DNA of 64,000 nucleotides from an uncultured Candidatus Saccharibacteria bacterium (GTDB lineage Bacteria; Patescibacteriota; Minisyncoccia; UBA6257; 02-FULL-45-10c): NCBI GenBank assembly GCA_964355085.1, contig CAYHBW010000001.1, positions 4,693 to 68,692 of the forward strand, read 5' to 3'. Shown piece by piece: positions 56,764 to 64,000 of this stretch (position 1 is its first letter; each line of letters starts with the position of its first letter). The notes under the pieces were generated by a model. It saw only the letters and a program-made list of their open reading frames with translations, ran no database searches and was not told where the DNA came from. The position numbers and the translations under genes were made by a program.

Positions 56764-58419
56764 ATGAGAATCACCGACAAATTTTCCGGCCTCGATTTTT
56801 ATGGGAAAGTCCTGGTTGCCATCCTGTTTTTCGCCATCGCAGTAAGAGCCGTCGGGATTTCATACGGGCTTCCGCTTTGGCTGATTGACGACGAACAGCC
56901 GTTCATTCTAGCGGCCATAAAGATGCTTCAACTCCATACCGTTATCCCCGGTCTCCATGGTCCGGAATTCGAAAACATACTTTATTATCCTCCTTATATC
57001 TCCTATCTTTATCTGGTTCCTTTCGCCGTCCTGCTCGGCATTCAATATATAATCAACCACGGAATCGGCGATCTACTCATACCGCTGATCGTAAGCGATT
57101 TGTCGCAATTTTTCATCGCGGCCCGGCTGATGATGACAGCCATATCGCTCGCATCGATATTCCTGATATACAGGACAGGGAAAAATATCTTCGCTGACAG
57201 CCGCACGGGAATGCTTTCGGCTGTTTTCCTTTCAACCAGCTTGCTGCATATACTGCTGTCAATCACTTCCAGACACTGGCTCATAGTTTCCTTCTTCGGA
57301 CTGCTGATATTTTATATACTCACCAACCCCGGATACGGAAACGGTAAAAAATACCTGTACGCAAGCGCCGCGGCCGGAATCGGAACGGGATTCAGCACGA
57401 TAATAGCCGCATATCTGGCGCTGATCGCATTATGGTATTTTTTTGTCGAAGAAAATCCTATCCCGGCCGGAAAAATCGCCGCCTGCGCCGCGTTATTCTC
57501 CGTCCTGGCCGCAATACCGCTTCTTATCTATCCACAGAGTCTCGGATTCAGCGGAGATGTCACCACGGGCGCTTCTAAGACAGCCGCCGGAATCCTGGCA
57601 AGTCCGTTTCTTTTCCTGAAACCGATCGCTGTTTCCGAGCCGGTCATGGCTGTTTTCGCAGTTATCGGATTGACGTCGCTCTTCTTCGCCCGCAGAAACC
57701 TTCTCCTGACCTTGTCCGCATTCATATACGGCTACAGCGCGTTGTTCTATGCCGCATTCCGGTATGAACATCGTTTCACTGCCGGAATCCTGCCGCTTAT
57801 CGCGATTCTTGCGGCATACGGACTGGATAAATCATCAGAGCTCTTAAGAGACAGGAAAATCTATCTGATCCTTGCAATACCCTTAATTTTTTCAATGCAG
57901 CTCGGCCGTCTTATCCTGAATAACGACTCCCGCGTAATCGCGAGAACATGGATTGAGGAAAACATCCCGGCGCATGAAAAGATCCTTGTTTACGCTCGCC
58001 TCACCCGCCTTTCCGCCGATGCCGGCGCCATAGAAGAACAAAGAGCGGTAGACAGCGGATCTCTGCGTAAGGTAGATGAAGCGGAAATGAAGCTGCCTCC
58101 CGAACTCCGAGGATCTCCTTCATTCCACGCCCTTAACCTGTATTCGATTGATAACTTGGAATTTTTCGAAAACATATCTGAATACTCCGTGAAAAACGGT
58201 TACCGGTATCTGCTTATAAGCGATGAGGACTTCGTATGGGGAAGAAGGGATTTCTCCCTGATGCAGGAATTCGCCGGAACCGGAAAGCTTATGCGGAAAT
58301 TCGGATCGGATAATCCCGGATATTCGATTTCCATGACGCAGATTGCGGGAAATCCTCTGAAACTCTTCAACATGGAAGGATTCGGCCCTCCTCTCTCCCT
58401 TTACAGAATCTCCGATTAA
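56764..58419 (+). CDS. GT-C fold membrane glycosyltransferase (ArnT/PMT-like)
   Basis: The likely start is ATG 56764 (MRITDKF), since the track ORF start at 56686 would overlap the divergent gene. About 12 TM helices. The first loop has the LWLIDDEQPF (DE) motif. Confidence 0.65.
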   Translation: MRITDKFSGLDFYGKVLVAILFFAIAVRAVGISYGLPLWLIDDEQPFILAAIKMLQLHTVIPGLHGPEFENILYYPPYISYLYLVPFAVLLGIQYIINHGIGDLLIPLIVSDLSQFFIAARLMMTAISLASIFLIYRTGKNIFADSRTGMLSAVFLSTSLLHILLSITSRHWLIVSFFGLLIFYILTNPGYGNGKKYLYASAAAGIGTGFSTIIAAYLALIALWYFFVEENPIPAGKIAACAALFSVLAAIPLLIYPQSLGFSGDVTTGASKTAAGILASPFLFLKPIAVSEPVMAVFAVIGLTSLFFARRNLLLTLSAFIYGYSALFYAAFRYEHRFTAGILPLIAILAAYGLDKSSELLRDRKIYLILAIPLIFSMQLGRLILNNDSRVIARTWIEENIPAHEKILVYARLTRLSADAGAIEEQRAVDSGSLRKVDEAEMKLPPELRGSPSFHALNLYSIDNLEFFENISEYSVKNGYRYLLISDEDFVWGRRDFSLMQEFAGTGKLMRKFGSDNPGYSISMTQIAGNPLKLFNMEGFGPPLSLYRISD

Positions 58420-59771
58420 AACCGCAAAAGACCGATACGCTCGGATATCCGTCCGATATTCATCAGCACGTCAAAGGCGGTATTTAAAATGAGCACGGAA
58501 GAAATCGGAATCAGCACCCGCATCGGAATCATCCTGCTGAATGATGCCTGCGCTCCGAGACCGGCGAAAACAGCCATCATTGGATAGACCAGAAAGCGGT
58601 AACGCGTCTCGACGATTATGAAAATAACCGCCAGAGGCATCATCAGTGCCATGTAAAAAAGCCACGACGCCCTGTCTCCGTATCCGGACGGCTTATTCCG
58701 GCACAACCATATTCCTAAAAATCCGAAAAGAAAAATAACTGCGGAATAAAGCGAAGAAAGCGCCATGGTGGCCGCCTGGCTCGCCCCGTTTAAATGGAAC
58801 CAAAAAGCCGTAGGCCTGGCAAAACTGAAATATATCGAAATCCTGTTCAGGGTTATCCTCATGAATTCGGCGGGGTTCCGGAATATGAAAATGACCGCCT
58901 CCTTTGCAAGCAGCCGGGTTCCGGATATTTTTCCATACTGCGCGATCGCCTCGTCATTCCGCGCGTGCGGTTCAAGCTCTCCGCTTGCGCCCGGATGGTT
59001 GCCTGCCGCGAGATCAATGCCATACGCCAAGTTTGTAGGTATGAATGTCCGGTAAATAATGAAATTCCTTATGATCCATGGGGAAAAAATAAGCGCTGAA
59101 GCGGCGAAAAAAACCGCCAGATGCCTCATTCTGTCCCGGGAAATCAGATATCCGGCGGCGGGCAGGAACAGAAGCATCGACGGAGTCCGCACAAGGGCGG
59201 CGGCGCCGAAAGAAATCCCTGCTAGGAAAATTCCCGGAATCGAAATGTCTTCCCCGTCGACAGACCGGAAAAACAGGAAAATCGCGAGCGCAACCAGAAA
59301 AACTCCGAGAGTTTCACTCATAAGCATTCCGGACATCGTTATGAGATCCGGTGAGAACGCTATAATCGATGCTGATAACAGGCCGATTTTTTCCTTATTG
59401 TCGCTCGATTGGAAAATCATCACTGCGGAGAGATAAACCAGAGCTGCAGTGGCCGCATGCAGAATCGCATGAGCGACCCATACAGCTGCGTAATTATGTC
59501 CGAAAACGAAGAAAATTGCCGCCAGAAACGCCTCGAACCCCGGCCCGACCCTAAGTATTGAATTGTCTTCAAGGATCGGCACATCCGAAGACTCTCTATA
59601 GCCGTTTCCGGATGCAAGATTCCAGGCGATGGAGTCGTATGCCCGCGCGTCCACGGAAGGCTGAATCCTGAAATAAAAAGAGTATGACAGCGAAAGTAAA
59701 ATCGCCGCCAGAAAAATAACGGTTGGAACAAAATTCTTTTTATCTGAAAAAAAATCTCCGTTCATACGCAT
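58416..59771 (-). CDS. GT-C fold membrane glycosyltransferase (ArnT/PMT-like)
   Basis: 451 aa, polytopic. The N-terminal loop SVDARAYDSIAWNLASGNGY resembles the ArnT/PMT loop-1 acidic motif. Confidence 0.6.
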   Translation of the reverse strand: MRMNGDFFSDKKNFVPTVIFLAAILLSLSYSFYFRIQPSVDARAYDSIAWNLASGNGYRESSDVPILEDNSILRVGPGFEAFLAAIFFVFGHNYAAVWVAHAILHAATAALVYLSAVMIFQSSDNKEKIGLLSASIIAFSPDLITMSGMLMSETLGVFLVALAIFLFFRSVDGEDISIPGIFLAGISFGAAALVRTPSMLLFLPAAGYLISRDRMRHLAVFFAASALIFSPWIIRNFIIYRTFIPTNLAYGIDLAAGNHPGASGELEPHARNDEAIAQYGKISGTRLLAKEAVIFIFRNPAEFMRITLNRISIYFSFARPTAFWFHLNGASQAATMALSSLYSAVIFLFGFLGIWLCRNKPSGYGDRASWLFYMALMMPLAVIFIIVETRYRFLVYPMMAVFAGLGAQASFSRMIPMRVLIPISSVLILNTAFDVLMNIGRISERIGLLRF

Positions 59772-59777
59772 AAAAAA

Positions 59778-60533
59778 TTATTTCCTGTAATATCCGATAA
59801 ACCATTTCCGATAAAAAATGGATAAAACAACTCTAAGGGACTCGAAAACGTCTTCAATGGAGCTTTTCGACTCCCCGCCTTCCCTCTCCAGGAATTTTAT
59901 CGGAACTTCCTTTATCCTGGCTCCATTGACGAACATCTCATACAGAAGATGGATCTTGTATGCATGCCGGAGGGAAAGTATCCTGTCGGCATCCAGCGGC
60001 AATCTGTCATAAAATCCGGAAACTCTGGTAAGTTTGAGACCGGAAGTATTGTCATTTGTCGGAAGCATGAGAATTATCTTCGCGAACAGACTTCCGAACC
60101 GGCTCAACAGCTTCCTATGCCAACCCCAGCGGACGGGAATCTTCCCTCCCTCCACATACCGCGAACCTATCACGTAGTCATATCCTTCATCAAATTCGGC
60201 GACGAGGCGTTTTATGTCTCTCGGATCATGCTGGAAATCCCCATCAAACTCGATAAAAGCCCCCGCTCCCAGCTTTTCAACCGCATATTTCATCCCGTCG
60301 ATATAAGCCATGCCGAGTCCGCGCTTTTCCTTTTCCGAATACAGATTCACGTTGCCGAATTCGTCGGATTTTTTCCTGATGATTTCCGCGGTGCCGTCAG
60401 TTGAATTGCCGTCAACTATGAGGATTTCCATCTGATGGCCATTGATAAGACCGAATTCGGCCTCAAGGGCGTCAATCAATCCTCCGATTGACTTGGATTC
60501 ATTATATGTCGGAATAATCGTTATTATTTTCAT
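59778..60533 (-). CDS. GT2 polyprenyl-phosphate sugar synthase (Dpm1-like)
   Basis: IITIIPTYNESKSIGGLI...ILIVDGNSTDGT...EFDGDFQHDP. Confidence 0.75.
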   Translation of the reverse strand: MKIITIIPTYNESKSIGGLIDALEAEFGLINGHQMEILIVDGNSTDGTAEIIRKKSDEFGNVNLYSEKEKRGLGMAYIDGMKYAVEKLGAGAFIEFDGDFQHDPRDIKRLVAEFDEGYDYVIGSRYVEGGKIPVRWGWHRKLLSRFGSLFAKIILMLPTNDNTSGLKLTRVSGFYDRLPLDADRILSLRHAYKIHLLYEMFVNGARIKEVPIKFLEREGGESKSSIEDVFESLRVVLSIFYRKWFIGYYRK

Positions 60534-60536
60534 TAT

Positions 60537-61667
60537 TCAGAAGGATTTTTTATACAAATCCAGATATTCTTTCTTTTCCGGAAAATCCCGCAAAGCGTTC
60601 TGCGCCTGCCTGCGGATATCGGCTAACTTTTCCGGATCACCCATCAATCTTACAACAATTTCCGATAAAATGGCAGGTTCGCCTACGGGAACGACAAATC
60701 CATCCAGATCATCTATCAGAATATCGCCGGCAAGGCCTACGTCGGTCATAACCACAGGCAATCCTGAAGCCATCGCCTCAACGACCGTCCGGCCGTAACC
60801 TTCATAATTCGAAGTGAGAAGGAACAGATCCGCAGTCTTATAATAAGAAAACAAGTCGTCGGACCAGGGCTCGAATACGATATTAGTATCTAGTAGCTTG
60901 TATCCAGTAGCCAGTGATTTCAGACTCAACTCCTCTGATCCGCCACCGACAATCAGCAATAAAGGATTCTTCGGAAGAACGGGGTTGGAATCATGCATAG
61001 ATCGTAAAGCTCCGGCAAATGCTTCGATTGCCATTTCTATATTTTTTTCTTTGGTCAAGCGGGAAGCCATAAGCATGATGAAATCGTGACTGGGATATCT
61101 GCTGTGAAGATCCGTCCTGATCTTCCAATCCCGGATTTTTTTGATATCCACAAAAACCGGAAGCACCGAAACATTCGACATCTGATATTTGACATCTGAC
61201 TTCAACGAATCAAAGATTCGTCGGGAAACTACGCGGATTTTATCCGCCCGGAGCAGGAGGAATTTCGCCAGAAAAATCCTCAACCAGCCCATCAACGACC
61301 CGGATGCGAAATGCGGACTGAAAATATCCGTATGGATCTGGATATGGAAACGCGATCCCAACCGCCGGCTGACCAGCCAGGCCGCAAGTCCGGATTCGAA
61401 AGGATCCTGGCAAGAAACGACAAAATCACCTCGAAAATCCCTGATTATCCGGAATATATTCCAAAGATACAGAAGTCTGAACCGGTGATTGGTCGGATGA
61501 ACAAATAAATTTTCCGATATTTTCAGATTGGAAAGTCTGAGTTTCGCATCGGCGAAAACAATGATCCGAAGCTCCTCGAAAAGTTTCCCGTAGTCTCTAA
61601 TTCTTTTTTGCGCGTCGGAATCTTTTTTGAAGATATTCCTGTCCGACCCGATGACCAGCAGCTTCAT
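60537..61667 (-). CDS. GT4 family glycosyltransferase
   Basis: The likely start is ATG 61667 (MKLLVIGSD), giving an ATGA overlap with the upstream gene. C-terminal EGYGRTVVEAMASGLPVVMTDVG. Confidence 0.75.
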   Translation of the reverse strand: MKLLVIGSDRNIFKKDSDAQKRIRDYGKLFEELRIIVFADAKLRLSNLKISENLFVHPTNHRFRLLYLWNIFRIIRDFRGDFVVSCQDPFESGLAAWLVSRRLGSRFHIQIHTDIFSPHFASGSLMGWLRIFLAKFLLLRADKIRVVSRRIFDSLKSDVKYQMSNVSVLPVFVDIKKIRDWKIRTDLHSRYPSHDFIMLMASRLTKEKNIEMAIEAFAGALRSMHDSNPVLPKNPLLLIVGGGSEELSLKSLATGYKLLDTNIVFEPWSDDLFSYYKTADLFLLTSNYEGYGRTVVEAMASGLPVVMTDVGLAGDILIDDLDGFVVPVGEPAILSEIVVRLMGDPEKLADIRRQAQNALRDFPEKKEYLDLYKKSF

Positions 61668-62785
61668 ATGTTCCGTTCCAAAATCTTCAGATATTCCCGG
61701 GACAATCCTTCCCAATCACCACTGATCCGGATTTCGGCGATATGTCGCTGATAATTGTCATACGAATTTTCATCAAGCAATCTTAGCATGGCCAGATAGA
61801 AACTTTCCTCGTTTTTAGGATCGGCATACATCAGCCCCGGAAACTCCCTTTTTATTCCGGTCTCCTGTGTGATGACGACCGGCTTATTGAAACTTAGGCA
61901 TTTAAGGGCGAAATTCGGACTAATTTCACTAAGGGAAGGCAATACGCACATATAGGATTTCTTGATTTCTTCTGACAGCGAATCTTCATTCAACGCTCCG
62001 GGGAAAAAAACTTTCCCGCCAAGATCCATATTACGCGCTTCGGCTTTCAAATTGCCGGACTCCGGTCCCTCGCCGGCCATCTTTAGGACCAATCGCGGGT
62101 CTTCAGCGGACAATCTCCTGAAGACATTCAGAAGAAACGGAAGATTTTTAAGCTTCAGGAATCTCCCAGCCCAAAGGACAACCTTCTTTTCGCCGGAAGG
62201 GCTGAAAACTTCATCCGACTCCTTCTCATGAATATTCCCGAGCACGGTCGTCCGACCGGCGTCGAGCCCATAATTCCGGACAAAAATATCTCTTTGAAAT
62301 TCAGTGGTGAAAATTACCGGATCGGCGCTCCGCAGGACGAATTTCACCAATCGGAAGAGGACAGGATAATTTTCGTATCCTTTCGCCGCGTAAAATTCCC
62401 TTAAAGAAACAGGTGGTCGGCCGGACTCCGAATATTTCTCCCAAAGAAAATCTCCGCCTATCCTTATGACCACCTTTCTGCCGGATAATCTGCCGGCCAG
62501 CACAGCCGGCAATCCGGCTCCTAGCGTATCGAAAGCGAAGATGACATCGCACTTCCGCACGATCATCAACAACCTCATAAAATATATGAACTGTCTCAAG
62601 CCGTAAGGCCATATCCTGGACACCCATGAAATCGAGTATCTGGCAGGCTTCAAAAACACCTTTCCGTAGGTGAGGACACGGACATCGGATCCGGTCTCCG
62701 AAAAATGATTGGCCAGTTTTCCGCAGTAGAGAGCGGGTCCCCCGATTTGCGGCGGGAAAATTCCAGTTGCCATTATTATTTTCAT
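61664..62785 (-). CDS. GT4 family glycosyltransferase
   Basis: MKIIMATGIFPPQIGGPALY...VVLWAGRFLKLKN...PSLSEISPNFALKCLSFNKPVV. Confidence 0.75.
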   Translation of the reverse strand: MKIIMATGIFPPQIGGPALYCGKLANHFSETGSDVRVLTYGKVFLKPARYSISWVSRIWPYGLRQFIYFMRLLMIVRKCDVIFAFDTLGAGLPAVLAGRLSGRKVVIRIGGDFLWEKYSESGRPPVSLREFYAAKGYENYPVLFRLVKFVLRSADPVIFTTEFQRDIFVRNYGLDAGRTTVLGNIHEKESDEVFSPSGEKKVVLWAGRFLKLKNLPFLLNVFRRLSAEDPRLVLKMAGEGPESGNLKAEARNMDLGGKVFFPGALNEDSLSEEIKKSYMCVLPSLSEISPNFALKCLSFNKPVVITQETGIKREFPGLMYADPKNEESFYLAMLRLLDENSYDNYQRHIAEIRISGDWEGLSREYLKILERNI

Positions 62786-62786
62786 A

Positions 62787-63965
62787 TCAGGTATTTATCA
62801 GCTTATCGAAAATGTTACGCATCATTTTTCCGACGATTTCCCAGGAGTAATTCCTGCGGACAAGATCTTCCGCATTCCTGGTTATTCTTTCCGTCCTTTT
62901 CGGATCATCAAGAATTTCATTCATATTATAAGCCACGCTATCCGGATTTTCCGGTTCGGCAATATAACCGGTCTCGCCGTCCTTCAGAAAATCAACGATT
63001 CCGCCGACCGGCGTACCGATTATCGGAATCCCGGCGGCCATTGCCTCCAAAAACGAGCTTCCAAGGCCTTCTGACCTGGATGGACGTATGAACATATCTG
63101 AAATCGCAAAATATAGCGGAAGATCGTTCTGGGCGATATGCCCCAGGAACAGCACGTTGCCGTCGACATTCAACTTCCTGCAAAGAGCTTTGAGTTTTTT
63201 CAAATCCGGTCCGTCTCCGATGACCAGGCACTTCATATTCGGACGCCGCTCCTTGAATTTCGCCACGGCGCGGATAAGGATGTCGACTCCGTTTTTCCCG
63301 ACAAGCCGGGAAGTGGTCACGGCGACATATTCATCCTTTATCCCGAGATATCCGCGCAGAGCCCTTATCTCATCAGGACGATAAGCCATGGAAAAAAGCC
63401 TGATATCCACCCCGTTCGGAACTATCTCGATAGGAGCGCCGGCTCCGCGCATCAAGGAAAAATCACGCAGATATCCGCTTATCACCTGAATATAATCAGC
63501 GAAATGAAACATAAGCTTTCCGAATATTCCGACGAGGCCGAATTTTCCGTATTTCAGATGACGATCGGAATCCCCTTCCTGAATGGTCAGCAGCATAGGG
63601 ACTCCCGGATGATTCATTTTGAAAATCAGCGCGGCAATTCCGCCGTAAGAAGCCATGACAACCCAGATCAAGTCGAATCTTTTCTGCGCATGAAGCCGCT
63701 CCGCGCTCTGCCAGGCCCTGAAAATATATGCGATTTTTTTGAAAATTATACCGTAACGGCGTCCGGTTCCCCGGCCGAGACGGTGGATTTCGATATTATC
63801 CTTTTTTTCAAACGCGAGACTCCGCCCGTCGAATCTGGCCGTAAGAACCGTAAAATTGAAAACCGGAACCTGCCTGATTATCTCCCTTATGGCTATTTCC
63901 GCCCCGCCGACGAACGGCTCATAAGCGAACGAGAATACAGCTATGTTAGACCTTTTAGGACTCAT
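62787..63965 (-). CDS. GT4 family glycosyltransferase
   Basis: IAVFSFAYEPFVGGAEIAIREI...RLVGKNGVDILIRA...PSRSEGLGSSFLEAMAAGIPIIGTPVGG. Confidence 0.8.
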   Translation of the reverse strand: MSPKRSNIAVFSFAYEPFVGGAEIAIREIIRQVPVFNFTVLTARFDGRSLAFEKKDNIEIHRLGRGTGRRYGIIFKKIAYIFRAWQSAERLHAQKRFDLIWVVMASYGGIAALIFKMNHPGVPMLLTIQEGDSDRHLKYGKFGLVGIFGKLMFHFADYIQVISGYLRDFSLMRGAGAPIEIVPNGVDIRLFSMAYRPDEIRALRGYLGIKDEYVAVTTSRLVGKNGVDILIRAVAKFKERRPNMKCLVIGDGPDLKKLKALCRKLNVDGNVLFLGHIAQNDLPLYFAISDMFIRPSRSEGLGSSFLEAMAAGIPIIGTPVGGIVDFLKDGETGYIAEPENPDSVAYNMNEILDDPKRTERITRNAEDLVRRNYSWEIVGKMMRNIFDKLINT

Positions 63966-64000
63966 TGAAGTTATATATTCATGACAGCGGGCTGCCTGAT

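Noticed and set aside
1-64000. Alternative genetic code (TGA recoded as Gly, as in some CPR lineages).
   Set aside because: Long, domain-complete ORFs terminate at TGA as well as TAA/TAG under the standard code. The ATGA overlaps use TGA as stop, so there is no need for recoding.
1-64000. tRNA, rRNA, transposase/IS or prophage genes.
   Set aside because: Intergenic regions are short and AT-rich without tRNA-like GTTC-arm signatures. No ORF shows DDE transposase or integrase motifs, and coding density and strand bias are uniform across the glycan island.

Overview
This is a gene-dense window of about 60 CDS, mostly on the minus strand. I found no rRNA, tRNA, CRISPR array, transposase or integrase. 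TGA, TAA and TAG all behave as stops, so the standard genetic code applies. Several genes appear to start with GTG or TTG, and start/stop overlaps of the ATGA and 4-nt type are very common.

The left end (151-8608) holds four things. First, a two-gene operon for a 1580-aa secreted protein. It carries an N-terminal zinc phospholipase-C / P1-nuclease-like domain, three lamin-tail domains and FN3-like repeats. The operon is preceded by a small membrane protein and is driven by a textbook TTGACA-N17-TATAAT promoter with essentially no leader. Second, an orphan PaaX-like regulator (wHTH plus a Cas2-like domain) sits next to a 36-bp perfect palindrome. Third, a redox module: thioredoxin reductase, an NrdH-like glutaredoxin and a membrane-anchored DsbA-like oxidoreductase. 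Fourth, the flanking hairpins listed as features.

From about 8.6 kb to the end of the window (over 55 kb, continuing beyond it) there is a single large cell-envelope glycan biosynthesis island.
- Assembly and export: a WbaP-type initiating phosphoglycosyltransferase, a Wzx flippase, an O-antigen-ligase/Wzy-like protein fused to TPR repeats, and an MsbA-like ABC exporter.
- Nonulosonic acid: a PseB / PseC-like / NeuB-family pathway for a pseudaminic- or legionaminic-type sugar, plus a CMP-sugar synthetase. It is embedded with an ATP-grasp ligase and two zinc-ribbon SAM methyltransferases.
- Other sugar chemistry: two further DegT-family enzymes, one of them RfbH/E1-like; a TPP-dependent acetolactate-synthase-like (YerE-like) enzyme; SDR, Gfo/Idh/MocA and MDR oxidoreductases; a KpsS/KpsC-like capsule transferase; a GH57-like protein; and a CE4 deacetylase.
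- Transferases: at least eight GT4 glycosyltransferases, one of them fused to a methyltransferase, and four GT2 enzymes. Three of the GT2 enzymes are Dpm1-like polyprenyl-phosphate-sugar synthases, each paired with a GT-C (PMT/ArnT-like) membrane glycosyltransferase.

I suggest, as inference only, that the overall architecture resembles small-genome uncultivated lineages such as Patescibacteria/CPR.
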